A DNA stretch of 63,784 nucleotides, the filler included, from Candidatus Omnitrophota bacterium (lineage in GTDB: Bacteria; Omnitrophota; Gorgyraeia; Zapsychrales; Zapsychraceae): the NCBI GenBank assembly GCA_015233495.1. It is 4 parts of 4 records of this genome, joined end to end, with 100 filler letters (N's around TTAATTAATTAA, not from the genome) between each part and the next. Parts side by side here need not be neighbours in the genome. Positions count along the whole stretch, not along the records: positions 34,144 to 50,396 come from JADFXQ010000041.1; positions 50,497 to 63,784 come from JADFXQ010000048.1; 2 more parts are not named here. One strand, 5' to 3'. The notes under the pieces were generated by a model. The model did no database searches. It had not been told where the DNA came from and saw only the letters and a list, made by a program, of their open reading frames with translations. Below, piece after piece: positions 44,700 to 54,975 of the stretch. The number at the start of each line of letters is the position of its first letter. Positions within the stretch are counted from its first letter, which is position 1. Both the position numbers and the translations under genes were made by a program.

Positions 44700-46664
44700 T
44701 TATTTTAGGGACAACGGATTGATATCTTCCACCGCGAAAATCATGTATGCCGTGCCGGCCACGGAACAGGTTGTCGCCCCGTGCGGCGTGTTCCAACCGT
44801 GGCCCGTATCCGCGTTTTCCATAGTCGAATAAGGCAAACAGCCTTCCCCCTGACCGCGCGGCGAAGGGCTGGCAATGATCAATTGGTTCAGTTCATCCAC
44901 ATAATACCCGGCTTTCTCGGCGTAATAAGCCGCCTTGACACTATCGCCTCGGGATTGACAAAACCGGCTCAAAACCCGGAAAGAAACAATCATCTGCGCT
45001 GTCCATTCCGGAGACACCAAACCGCCGCGCGGCAGATTCGCGGTGCGGGAAAAATCATAGCCTTCGACCCAAACACGTTTACCGCTTGGCCGCACAAATT
45101 CCGTTTTGACCCGGCAGTTTTCATCCGCGAAACGCATAATCGCCTCCGGGTCCATGCCGATTTCGACGAGCTTATCCGGGCCCAACGCGGCCACAGACCA
45201 GGCAAACGTGTCGGTGGCCACTGTCGCGTCGCCTAAACCCCGGCGCACCGGCGGCGCTGGATAAGCGGAACTTTGCGAAACCATAGCGAAATTTTTCAGC
45301 CAGGAAAGCGATTTGCGCTGCGCCGTCTTATATTTTTCCTCATCCGTAAGACGGCCCAGCATCCCAAAAAACGCATAAGCGTCGAGATTGTGCTCTGTAG
45401 AAAACCAAGAAAATTCCGGACCGCCTTTCAATCCGCCGTTAGGGTCTTTGTCCTGGATTCCTATCAACCAATCTGCGATGCGCCGCGCCAAATCCAAATA
45501 GCTCTTATCGCCGGTAGCCGCCGTGTATTGCGCGGCGGCGATGCCCAGCCAAACATTCGGTCCGCAATGCGTCGTGTACTCGCTGACCTGGCCGGAATCA
45601 TAATAATATCCGTTGGGAAATCCGGAAAATTTTTCCGAGAGATTCTTTTTGAAAAAATTTAAAATCGCCGCTGCCGCCTCTCGGTCAGACGCGGCTAAAA
45701 AAACATTGACCGCCAAAGCCTGATCATAAATAAACGCCCAATCCTTGATCTGGCTGTCTTGGCCCTCAAAACTCATCACCAACCCAGTGACCGGACTCTG
45801 ATGTTTCTTTAACCAAATTCGCATCTGGTCTACTACGGAACGCCGGATCCCTTGTTTTTGCCGCGTCAAAATAAGCAAGGCATCCCGGGCCCGTTCATAT
45901 TGTTCAACCAAATTTTGATACAACCCTAAAGTATTTATCTTGAAAGGTTTAGAGACCGGCAGGTCAGCCGCGGCCTGACCGGTGGTCAGAGCCGGAAAAG
46001 CAGAGGGTGAAATAGTTAATGACGCGAGATGCGATTGTTTGACTAAAGTATGTCCCGCGGCTTTGTATCTTTGTAAAACCAACTGTTCTTCTTGCGCTTG
46101 CAGACGCGAAAAAAGCCGCGTTTTTTCCCGAAATAAATCCGCCACAACTGCGGCCTGCCGCTTCTCGCGCCTTTCGACAGCCTGTAATTCGCAAATAATG
46201 TTTTTATTGACATCGCGTAAAAGTTCGCGATTGTGCCAGACAATGGCAAAATTTAATAAAAGCATCAAAAAGATCAGTCCTGCCAAGCGGCCGGCCAAAA
46301 TCATCCAGCGGGCCTGACGGACCAGACGGTTGCGGTCAGCAGAACCAATGGCGCTAAACTCCACACCCAGACGATAAATCCGGTCTTCGCTTGCAGGGCC
46401 GCGGCGCGACCAAATAATTTTTCCTTTCGCGGAAATCGGGGGTTGGCTGAGCGGAATACGGAGGCGGAGTTCAATTTCACCGTCAAGCAAAGCGGCCATT
46501 GCAACGGGAATAAAGGCCGTCTCCAAACAAATGCCGTTTAGACTGATGTCGCGGGTATAACCTTGCAGCCAGGGCGCCGCGGATGCCGGCAGACTGTCTC
46601 CGGCTGCCGGGCGGAACTCGACGGGAAAAATACTTTTTAAGCGGATGTATCTTCGATGGTCCAT
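44700..46664 (-). CDS. PilZ domain - TM - coiled coil - (alpha/alpha)6 glycosidase-like fusion protein
   Basis: RRYIR and DISLNG c-di-GMP motifs; TM at about aa 120-143; C-terminal YDQALA/STEHNLD..Y helical-barrel-like domain. Confidence 0.7.
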   Translation of the reverse strand: MDHRRYIRLKSIFPVEFRPAAGDSLPASAAPWLQGYTRDISLNGICLETAFIPVAMAALLDGEIELRLRIPLSQPPISAKGKIIWSRRGPASEDRIYRLGVEFSAIGSADRNRLVRQARWMILAGRLAGLIFLMLLLNFAIVWHNRELLRDVNKNIICELQAVERREKRQAAVVADLFREKTRLFSRLQAQEEQLVLQRYKAAGHTLVKQSHLASLTISPSAFPALTTGQAAADLPVSKPFKINTLGLYQNLVEQYERARDALLILTRQKQGIRRSVVDQMRIWLKKHQSPVTGLVMSFEGQDSQIKDWAFIYDQALAVNVFLAASDREAAAAILNFFKKNLSEKFSGFPNGYYYDSGQVSEYTTHCGPNVWLGIAAAQYTAATGDKSYLDLARRIADWLIGIQDKDPNGGLKGGPEFSWFSTEHNLDAYAFFGMLGRLTDEEKYKTAQRKSLSWLKNFAMVSQSSAYPAPPVRRGLGDATVATDTFAWSVAALGPDKLVEIGMDPEAIMRFADENCRVKTEFVRPSGKRVWVEGYDFSRTANLPRGGLVSPEWTAQMIVSFRVLSRFCQSRGDSVKAAYYAEKAGYYVDELNQLIIASPSPRGQGEGCLPYSTMENADTGHGWNTPHGATTCSVAGTAYMIFAVEDINPLSLK

Positions 46665-46671
46665 TTTTTCA

Positions 46672-46811
46672 AATGACCAATGTCAAAACTCAAATAACAA
46701 AACTGACAAATCCGGCTTGTTATGCTGCGTTTTGAATAATCTCAAGATTAAAGGACAAAACATTAAATTTCGCAAAGAATTTTTGTCATTTTAATTTTGT
46801 CATTTGTCATT
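46672..46811. repeat. Heptamer-based inverted-repeat element (MITE-like)
   Basis: Arms AATGACCAATGTCAAAACTCAAATAACAAAA and TTTTGTCATTTTAATTTTGTCATTTGTCATT (26/31 complementary). Confidence 0.75.
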
Positions 46812-47184
46812 GTGTCTGATTCACCCGTTTGGCTAAACGCTGTAAAAACCGGCGAAACCGAGTGTCGCGGCGGAGATTTTCCAGATCCTGATCCTGAGAC
46901 ATAAAATCAAAATCATAATAACCGCGGCGCACCGCCTGTTTGATCGCGCGGTATGCCAGGTCCAATTGTTCCACCAAGGAATAACTGCAAGCCAAATTAT
47001 AAAGAACCACCGGGTCATCGGCGCGCAAAGCCGCCAGACGCTCGTCGACCATAAGCCCTTTGCGATAATGACCGTTTTTCGTGTAAAGATCTCCCAGCAC
47101 CACCAACACTTCGAAAAAATTCGGGGCGTGAACCAAAATCCCCTCATAAAAACTGATTTCAAATTCGGAATTTTTATTTTTCAT
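46807..47184 (-). CDS. TPR-containing protein
   Basis: LGDLYTKNG, VLYNLACSYSL and A...GY.DF....D.DL..LR patterns. Confidence 0.85.
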   Translation of the reverse strand: MKNKNSEFEISFYEGILVHAPNFFEVLVVLGDLYTKNGHYRKGLMVDERLAALRADDPVVLYNLACSYSLVEQLDLAYRAIKQAVRRGYYDFDFMSQDQDLENLRRDTRFRRFLQRLAKRVNQTQ

Positions 47185-48353
47185 GATGTGCTATTCCCTA
47201 AATATTTTTTAATCCGGTTCACCGCTTCTTTCAAGTCCTCATAAGCGGCCGCGTACGAAATACGGACATGGCCTTCACCCGACGGACCAAACGCTGTCCC
47301 AGGCACTAAAGCCACTTTCTGTTGTTTAAGCAAATTTTGCGCGAAGTCCATGGAAGTCTGCCCGGTCGACCGGATCGATGGAAAAACATAAAACGCCCCC
47401 TCCGGGACATGACAGGTCAACCCCAGATCATTCAACGCGCCGACCATGAAATTGCGCCGGCGTTTGTATTCCCGCTTCATTTCATCGACACTGCGCCGGC
47501 CGTTTTTCAATGCCTCGATGGCGCCCATCTGCCCGTCAATCGACGCGCAGAGCATCGTATATTGATGAATCTTCGTCATCGCGCCTACCACTTTCGCTGG
47601 ACCAGCCACCCAACCGATGCGCAGGCCGGTCATCGCGTAGGCCTTGGAAAAACCATTCAAATAAACCGTGCGGTCTTTCATCCCTTTGAGCGTCGCGAAC
47701 GGTGTATGGTCAAAGTCATAGGTCAGCTCATCATACACTTCATCCGTCACCATCACCAAATTGTGTTTCAAGACAATCCTGGCCAAAGCGTTCAATTCGG
47801 CCTTGGTATAAGACATCCCCGTCGGATTAGCGGGATAATTAAGCAAAAACGCTTTGACCTTGCCTGGCGCGTCCATGCAAGCGCGGTCTACCTGTGCCGC
47901 GGTCAATTTGTATTTTTGATCCGCGGTGGTTGGCAAACGGATAGACACGCCGCCCGCCATTTCCACCACCGGGCTATAGGAAACATACGACGGCTCGGGG
48001 ATCAGCACCTGATCGCCCCGATTCAGCAAAGCCCGGAACGCCAAATCCAAAGCCTCACTCACGCCAACCGTAATCAGCATTTCTTCTTCCGGATCATACG
48101 CCAAAGCGTAGCGTTGCTGCAAAAAATGCGCAATCTGACGCCGCAGTTCAATCATCCCTTTATTCGAGGTGTAGGACGTATATCCCTGCTCCAAAGAATA
48201 AATCACTTTTTCCCGAATGGGCCACGGGGTCACAAAATCGGGTTCGCCCACGCCCAAAGAAATGACGTCCTTCATGCCGAGCACCAGATCAAAAAACACC
48301 CGGATACCCGACGGCGCCATGTCTTCCACGATCTTTGATATTTTGATATCCAT
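47181..48353 (-). CDS. Class I/II PLP aminotransferase (YugH/AlaT-like)
   Basis: SLGVGEPDF, NYPANPTG, DEVY and NGFSKAYAMTGLRIG motifs. Confidence 0.95.
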   Translation of the reverse strand: MDIKISKIVEDMAPSGIRVFFDLVLGMKDVISLGVGEPDFVTPWPIREKVIYSLEQGYTSYTSNKGMIELRRQIAHFLQQRYALAYDPEEEMLITVGVSEALDLAFRALLNRGDQVLIPEPSYVSYSPVVEMAGGVSIRLPTTADQKYKLTAAQVDRACMDAPGKVKAFLLNYPANPTGMSYTKAELNALARIVLKHNLVMVTDEVYDELTYDFDHTPFATLKGMKDRTVYLNGFSKAYAMTGLRIGWVAGPAKVVGAMTKIHQYTMLCASIDGQMGAIEALKNGRRSVDEMKREYKRRRNFMVGALNDLGLTCHVPEGAFYVFPSIRSTGQTSMDFAQNLLKQQKVALVPGTAFGPSGEGHVRISYAAAYEDLKEAVNRIKKYLGNSTS

Positions 48354-48368
48354 TGCGTAAACCTTTTT

Positions 48369-48486
48369 AGACACAAGACATATGACACAAGTATTTTAAT
48401 TTGTTATCCAGCCTTTTAACATAAGGTCAGCCAGATTTGATAAAATTTTAAAGAGACCTTACCAACATGACTTGTGTCCTGTGTCT
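48369..48486. repeat. Heptamer-based inverted-repeat element
   Basis: AGACACAAGACATATGACACAAGT ... ACTTGTGTCCTGTGTCT; begins right after the lrp stop codon. Confidence 0.65.
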
Positions 48487-48972
48487 TTAATAAGATATAT
48501 TCAACCGCTTGCTCTTCGGTTTTTGCTTAAGTATAACCCCGTCTTCCTTATATTTTTTTAACAAAAAATGGGTGGTTGTGCGCCGCACGTTTTCCATCGG
48601 CGCCAGTTTTGACGAGACAAAACTCGATACGGTATGCAGATTATCCCCCTCGACAACCAAAAGCAAATCATACGATCCGGACAACAAATAACAACTGGTC
48701 ACTTCCGGAAAACTATAAAGCCGCTCGGCGATCGCGTCGAACCCCACGTTTTTTTGCGGCACAATGCTCACTTCGATCAAGGCGCGGACAAAAGTTCCCG
48801 CGTCGCGCACCAATTCCTGATTGATCAGGGTCTTATATTTGACGATCGCGCCGGTCTGCTCATAATGCTTGATCGCCTTTTTGACATCCTCAGCTTTTTT
48901 TCCGGTCAAACGGCTGATTTCTTCCGCGCTCAGCCGAGCGTCATTGGCCAATATTTCCAGAATCTCGTCCAT
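48487..48972 (-). CDS. Lrp/AsnC family regulator (YugG/AlaR-like)
   Basis: EILEIL..DARLS HTH; FPEV.SCYLLSGSYDL and TTTHFLLKKYK motifs; paired with the aminotransferase. Confidence 0.92.
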   Translation of the reverse strand: MDEILEILANDARLSAEEISRLTGKKAEDVKKAIKHYEQTGAIVKYKTLINQELVRDAGTFVRALIEVSIVPQKNVGFDAIAERLYSFPEVTSCYLLSGSYDLLLVVEGDNLHTVSSFVSSKLAPMENVRRTTTHFLLKKYKEDGVILKQKPKSKRLNISY

Positions 48973-49072
48973 AAATCATCTCCTGTTTGGAACCGTATTG
49001 TACATGATTATTGCCGCGATGTACAGATGGAAATAGACGGCGCATCGCCTTTTTCTGCCGGCGGTCCACCGT

Positions 49073-50062
49073 CTAACGCTTGAGTAGTAAATTGATTTCT
49101 TGTTGCAAATTTTCGATCCGGCCGCGCAACTGCTGATTTTCCTGATCAAGCTGAATCATCTGTCCCATCGCGCCGCGTTGGTCTTGATGTTGGGCCATAG
49201 CTTGCTGCAGGCTGTCGTCAATAGTTTTGATTTCACCACGCAATTGCTCCACATCGCGGGTCAGTTTCGCGTTTCTTTCTTCCTTGCCCGCCAGAGCTCC
49301 CGTCCACGATTTATCCGCCAAAACTTTTTTCTCCTCCAAAAGCGCGATTTCTTTTTCTAAAAGGGCCTTGTCACTGTGGAAAATATTCGCCTGGGCCGCG
49401 GCAATCTTTTTCTCCCTTTGGAGCGCTCTTAATTTCTCTTCGGCTAACGGGCCTTCGGTAGCTATCAACTTTTCGCGTTCTTCCCACTCCGCGGCCGCGG
49501 CGCGGTTTTTCGCGATAATCTTTTCTATTTTACGGCGGCTGGCCTCATGTTCCGCCTTGCTCTTCTCATAATGCACCGACTTGACCTTCAATTCCATATC
49601 CAATTCTTTAATTTGATATTCCAATTCTTCCGCCTTCAACTGCCGGATCCGGGCCGTAGGATCGCCTCCGGCTACCTTATGATTGAGAAGAGAATTTTGA
49701 ATTTTTTTTGTCTGCAATTCGGCTGTGGCTTTTTCCAGCTCTTTTTTCAATTCCTGCAGGGATGACTTTTGGTTGACGTGTTTTTCCGCAGTTTCCTTTT
49801 TCTGGGAATCCATAGCCTGCATTTCTTGCTGATACTGCTCTATTTTTTGCTTTAACTCAACATATTGTTGGTTCAAATCCGTATATTCCGCCTTCAATTG
49901 ACTGTTTTCAGCCAGCAAACCAGCGGCTTGCGCCCGGATCGCGCTTAACGCATAGGGATCTGCTTCTTGAGCGGCAACCGGCTGAGGCAAAAACAAAAAA
50001 ATGGCTGTCAAAAACAGCCAATTCAAAAAACTCCACCTAAAATTTATTCTTAAATCATTCAT
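49073..50062 (-). CDS. Exported long coiled-coil protein
   Basis: Signal peptide ending VAA-QE; heptad-rich E/K/Q/L sequence throughout. Confidence 0.75.
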   Translation of the reverse strand: MNDLRINFRWSFLNWLFLTAIFLFLPQPVAAQEADPYALSAIRAQAAGLLAENSQLKAEYTDLNQQYVELKQKIEQYQQEMQAMDSQKKETAEKHVNQKSSLQELKKELEKATAELQTKKIQNSLLNHKVAGGDPTARIRQLKAEELEYQIKELDMELKVKSVHYEKSKAEHEASRRKIEKIIAKNRAAAAEWEEREKLIATEGPLAEEKLRALQREKKIAAAQANIFHSDKALLEKEIALLEEKKVLADKSWTGALAGKEERNAKLTRDVEQLRGEIKTIDDSLQQAMAQHQDQRGAMGQMIQLDQENQQLRGRIENLQQEINLLLKR

Positions 50063-50271
50063 AACAATCGCATTATAGTAACTAGATCCCAGTCGCGCAA
50101 ATAGAAATTTTAAAAATCAAAAAAAATTAAAATATGGCCGGTTAGGTTGCTTTTTATAGTCAAATAATATATACTTAAATTGTTCCTCTCCTATCCAGAC
50201 TGCTTTTTCGCGCAATATCTTCCCCAAACGGATGCGGGAATGTTTTATAACTTAGTTTCCCTAATAAAAAT

Positions 50272-50396
50272 ATGCGATACGCCAAATCCAAAGCGCAGAC
50301 TGTTGTCGAATATATGCTGGTACTAACCAGTGTCGTGGCAGTAACGCTGATTGGGCTCAAGTCTTTTTTACCCAAAACCAAAGCCAAGGCCGGGAT
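50272..50396 (+). CDS. Flp/TadE-like pilin with class III signal peptide (3'-truncated; absent from the ORF track)
   Basis: MRYAKSKA-QTVVEYMLVLTSVVAVTLIGL: basic leader, Glu at +5, Tyr at +6, hydrophobic helix. Confidence 0.75.
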
Positions 50397-50496
50397 NNNN
50401 NNNNNNNNNNNNNNNNNNNNNNNNNNNNNNNNNNNNNNNNTTAATTAATTAANNNNNNNNNNNNNNNNNNNNNNNNNNNNNNNNNNNNNNNNNNNN
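50397..50496. other. Artificial contig linker
   Basis: N44-TTAATTAATTAA-N44. Confidence 0.98.
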
Positions 50497-50985
50497 AGTA
50501 TTACCCAAGTCCGGCTGTTTGATAATCAATAAGCATAGGATCCCCATCACGATCATGACCGGCATGAAGGCCGTTGTAAACGAACGGACCTCACTTTTCT
50601 TGCGGGTCAGAAAGTCCGCCAGATAAATGATCAATACCGGCTTGACCAGCTCCGAAGGCTGAAAATTGATCGGCCCGATTCGAAACCAACGACGCGCTCC
50701 TGAGCTCGATTTGCCAATCCCGGGGATCAACACCAGCACCAGCAGCAGCACGGTAACGATGAGCAGCGGTTTCGCGTAACGACGCAGATCCCGATAATCA
50801 AACGCCATCATCCCCATCATCAAAACCGCTCCGACAAATAAAAACAAAAAATGCCTTTTTAGAAAAAACATCGGATCTCCCAATTCCTGCGAAGCATAAA
50901 TTCCGCTGGAACTGTAAATCATCACAATCCCGATGCTGATCAGGATCATGAAGAGGGTTGCGAATGTGCTACGTATTTCACGCAT
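50497..50985 (-). CDS. ftsW: FtsW (3'-truncated)
   Basis: GIVMIYSSS, GARRW, FQPSE.VK and QPDLG motifs; dcw position after murD. Confidence 0.93.
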
Positions 50986-51007
50986 GAGATTATCGACCTT
51001 ATAAAAT

Positions 51008-51151
51008 AATGACAAATGACAAAATTCAAACGAGCAAAATTCTATTCAAAATTAAATATTTCGTTCTTTCTTGGCGCCGCTCAAAAACCCAAACACAAAA
51101 CAACTAATCAGATTGGTCTTTTTTGTCATTTGAATTTTGTCATTTGTCATT
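51008..51151. repeat. Heptamer-based inverted-repeat element (MITE-like)
   Basis: Perfect 23-bp inverted repeat AATGACAAATGACAAAATTCAAA (51008-51030) / 51129-51151; same family as 46672-46811. Confidence 0.85.
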
Positions 51152-52453
51152 TTAACAGATAGACAATATCCTTAAACACCTTCCCCCGATGCTCAAAATT
51201 GTCGAACATATCAAAACTGGCGCACAGCGGACTCAACAACACACAATCGCCAGCCACGGCGTGGGACCGCGCCAAATTCACCGCCTCGGCCATTGTCTGA
51301 GCAAAACTCACCGCAACGATATGGCCAAACGCCTGCTGTAATTTATCCTTAGCTTCGCCAATGGCGATCAAAGCTTTTACTTTCTCGCCGACAATATCCC
51401 GCAGAACCATAAAATCCAAATGCTTGTCCCGGCCTCCGCAGATCATCACCACGGGACGCTTCATCTGCCGCAACGCCCAGCGGCCGGAATCCGCTGTCGT
51501 AGCCTTAGAATCATTAACATAAAGCACGCCGTCGAGTTCCCGGACTTTTTCCAGCCGATGTTCTACCCCGGGGAAAGCGGCAAACACCCTCCGGCAAACC
51601 TCCCCGGGAATTCCTAACGCTTGGGCAACGGCAATCACCGCCAATTGGTTTGGGTCAAATCCATTGAGCTCAGCCGGCTGAGATGGCGAGTTAAAAAAAC
51701 TTACTGCCGCTTTTAAAGACGGAGCCAAGGCAGTCAAACGTTGGTCCCGGCCATTGATTACCGCGAAATCCGCGGCAGTCTGATTTTGAAAGATACGCGT
51801 TTTCGCGGCGGCATACTCGTCCATATCTGAATGCCGGTCCAAATGATTCTCGTTGATATTCAATACTACGGCAACGCGCGGTCGAAATACCCGGAACCCT
51901 TCACCCCAATTTTGTCGCGGGTCACCGGCGAGCAAGGATTCCAGCTGAAATGAGCTGACCTCTAAAACAACATACCCCTTATCGTTCAGCAAATCCGCCT
52001 GTCCGGAAAAAGGGATGCCGATATTCCCGCATAAACAAGACTCCCGGCCCGCAGCCTTAAGCGCCAAATCAATCAATGTTGTGGTGGTGGTCTTGCCATT
52101 ACTGCCCGTGACCGCAATCACCGGCGCCGGCAAAACTGATACGCAAATTCAATTTCTCCCAAAACCGGAATCCCGGCTTGCCGTGCCCAAACCACCGGGG
52201 CCGCGTCAATCCGCACGCCCGGGCTCAACACTACCAGATCGCTGGATGTCACAAATTCCGCCGTGTGACCTCCCCATTCCACGATCGCGCCGGAATCCTT
52301 TAGCGTTCTTACTGCCTCCGCGGGAAAATCCGCGGCGCGCTTCATTTCCGACAACCGCGGCTGTCCTCCCTGACGACGAATTAACTCCAGCGCTGCTAAC
52401 CCGCTTTTTTGGCCGCCAATGACCGTGACTTTTTTTTGTTGAATAGAAAACAT
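51147..52453 (-). CDS. murD: MurD ligase, split by a 1-nt frameshift near 52130
   Basis: N-part (VVLSPGV, GEIEFAY) and C-part (VTGSNGKTTT, LEVSSFQL, HRLE, NDSKAT) join as FCPAPVIAV if one C is added. Confidence 0.92.
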
Positions 52454-52481
52454 AGCTGCCTATGGTCCAGCGCCCGTCCCT

Positions 52482-53588
52482 TTACCGGATCTTCAACGTC
52501 GCCAATGACACTAAAGAAAAAATAATGGCTAAAATCCAAAATCGGATAATAATTTTCGATTCGCTCCATCCAGAGAGTTGAAAATGATGATGCAGCGGCG
52601 ACATCTTAAAAAATTTATGTCCCCGGCAACGCACCGTGTAAATCTGAATCAGCACGGAAACCACTTCCATGACAAAAACCCCGCCCATAATCCCCAAGAG
52701 CAATTCCTTTTTGATCAGCACCGCGATCACGCCTAAAGTACCGCCTAAGGCCAAAGCCCCGACATCGCCCATAAACACGGTGGCGGGAAAACAATTGAAC
52801 CACAGAAACCCCAAGCTCGCGCCGATGATCGCCATACAGACAATCGTCAATTCACCCGCCCCGGGCACATAGGGAATAAAAAGGTAATCGCTAAAAAACG
52901 CGTGTCCCGCGACATAACTTAAAATCGCCAAGGTCACACTCACCATAAGGGTGCAGCCAATCGCTAAGCCGNNNNNNNNNNCCATACCGTCCGTCAAATT
53001 TACCGCGTTCGACGATCCGACAATGATAAAAGCCACAAAAGGAATATAAAGGATGCCTAAATTCCAAAGCGCGTTTTTAAAAAAAGGCACGTCCAATTGG
53101 GTAGATGTTGTCGGGCAAAGATAAAGATAGCCGCCAATGAGCAAACCGAGCGCCGTTTGCCAAAACAATTTTGTCCATTTATCGACACCCCGTTTGCCTT
53201 GGGCCCGGCCAATGCCTTTGAGTTTCAAATAATCATCCATCCCGCCTAAAATAGCCAGCCATATACACGTCACTAAAGTCAAGGCGATATACGGGTTGCG
53301 GACATCCGCCCATAAGAGCACCGATAACACAATACCGCCGATAATAAACACGCCGCCCATGGTCGGCGTGCCTTCTTTGGAATTTATATATGGGGTCAAG
53401 TCGGGACAATCGTCGCGCTTGGCGATTTCTCTGACTTTCATTTCTTTCAGCTTGCGAATAAAAAAAGGCCCTAGAACAACGCAAAACAAAAAAGTCGTGA
53501 CCGCCGCCATGACCGCCCGGAAAGTGATATAACGAAAAATATTGAGCCCGGAAATAAATATCTTTAATTGCGATAAATAAAAAAACAT
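52482..53588 (-). CDS. mraY: Phospho-N-acetylmuramoyl-pentapeptide transferase (contains a 10-N gap)
   Basis: KEGTPTMGG, DDY.K, NAVNLTDG, FMGDVG and PLHHHF motifs. Confidence 0.96.
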   Translation of the reverse strand: MFFYLSQLKIFISGLNIFRYITFRAVMAAVTTFLFCVVLGPFFIRKLKEMKVREIAKRDDCPDLTPYINSKEGTPTMGGVFIIGGIVLSVLLWADVRNPYIALTLVTCIWLAILGGMDDYLKLKGIGRAQGKRGVDKWTKLFWQTALGLLIGGYLYLCPTTSTQLDVPFFKNALWNLGILYIPFVAFIIVGSSNAVNLTDGMXXXXGLAIGCTLMVSVTLAILSYVAGHAFFSDYLFIPYVPGAGELTIVCMAIIGASLGFLWFNCFPATVFMGDVGALALGGTLGVIAVLIKKELLLGIMGGVFVMEVVSVLIQIYTVRCRGHKFFKMSPLHHHFQLSGWSESKIIIRFWILAIIFSLVSLATLKIR

Positions 53589-53613
53589 CCCTGTCTCCTT
53601 AAATATATGCCGT

Positions 53614-54975
53614 CTACCGGCTCAGCTCTAACGCCGCCACTATCCGTTCCATCCCCATCGAGCGCGACCCTTTAATCAAAACCGCGTCGCCGGGCCGGCA
53701 GATTTTTTTAACCGCCGCGGCCGCCGTCTGAATATCAAAGCAAACGGAAACCGCAATCCGGTGACTGTGTTGTTTAAGATAGTCGCCGATAAACCGGGCC
53801 TGTTCCCCCAGCGTCACGACATATTCAGTATCCGTCTGACAAATCATTTTTGCCACATCTTCATGCAATTTTTTTGACTGCGGTCCCAGCTCGCGCATAT
53901 CTCCGCAAACCACGATTTTGCGGCCCCGCGCCCGCAGAGCCCCCAAGGTCCGTACCGCGCTGGCAAACGAAATCGGATTGGCATTATACGTGTCATCCAT
54001 CAAGAGCATCCCCCGCACCCGGCGCATATGCTGCCGGCCGGCGGGAAAACGAAACCTAGCCAAACGACGCTGCAACAACGCGGCGGATATTTTCAAAAGA
54101 TAGCCGCAGGCCAGAGCCGCGGCCGCGTTGGCCACATTATGCCGGGCGGGTGAAGCCAGAGAAAATTTTCGGCCGCGCAACACAAACGTGGTCCGCGCCG
54201 GACTTTCCAACCGCACTGCACTGGCACGATAATCCGCTGGCCGATCTAACGCGTAGGATATTTTTTGCAAAAGCAGCGGTTTATCTTGCAAAGCGGCCAG
54301 ATAACGATCGTCGCGGTTAAAAATAACCGTTCCGCCGGGAAGGGTATTTTTGAGCAAATGCAATTTTTCGCGAAAAACTCCCGCCGGGGATTTGAGAAAT
54401 TCCAAATGCGACGGCCCCACATTCGTGAAAACCGCGATGGTCGGCTTGGCTACCGACGCGAGCCAGGCCATTTCTCCGAAATGATTGGTGCCCATTTCCA
54501 CCACGACAGCTTGATGATGCTGCCGCAGTTTCAACAGGGTCAATGGCACGCCGTATTGATTGTTTTCCGTCTTATAATTTTTTAAAATTTTACGCCGTCC
54601 GCCCAGAATCTGCGTCAGCATATCCTTAGTCGTCGTCTTTCCCGTACTGCCGGTGATCCCGATCACCGGGATCGAAAAACGCGACCGGTACAGCCCCGCG
54701 ATCCAACCTAAAGCCCGGGTCGTATCCTCAACCTGGATAACCGTGATTCCCGCCGGCGCCACAACCGGTCTGGACACCACCAAAGCCGCGGGTTGACGCA
54801 AAATCACCTGGGAGATAAAATCATGCCCGTCCAAACGCTGCCCCTGAATCGCGACGAACAGCCCGCCCCGCCGAACTTGACGAGAATCAATGACCACCTC
54901 CGTCACGGACCGGGCTTTTCCCCTTTGCAGAACTTTCCCGTAGACAGCCTCAACAACATCGGCGATTTTTAACAT
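53614..54975 (-). CDS. murF: MurF ligase
   Basis: IDSR, DGHDF, ITGSTGKTTTKD, EMG, DDTYNANP and KGSR motifs. Confidence 0.95.
   Translation of the reverse strand: MLKIADVVEAVYGKVLQRGKARSVTEVVIDSRQVRRGGLFVAIQGQRLDGHDFISQVILRQPAALVVSRPVVAPAGITVIQVEDTTRALGWIAGLYRSRFSIPVIGITGSTGKTTTKDMLTQILGGRRKILKNYKTENNQYGVPLTLLKLRQHHQAVVVEMGTNHFGEMAWLASVAKPTIAVFTNVGPSHLEFLKSPAGVFREKLHLLKNTLPGGTVIFNRDDRYLAALQDKPLLLQKISYALDRPADYRASAVRLESPARTTFVLRGRKFSLASPARHNVANAAAALACGYLLKISAALLQRRLARFRFPAGRQHMRRVRGMLLMDDTYNANPISFASAVRTLGALRARGRKIVVCGDMRELGPQSKKLHEDVAKMICQTDTEYVVTLGEQARFIGDYLKQHSHRIAVSVCFDIQTAAAAVKKICRPGDAVLIKGSRSMGMERIVAALELSR

Noticed and set aside
17285..50496. TTAATTAATTAA motifs and gene adjacency across N runs
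   Set aside because: These are identical 100-nt artificial linkers; neighbours across them are not evidence of synteny.
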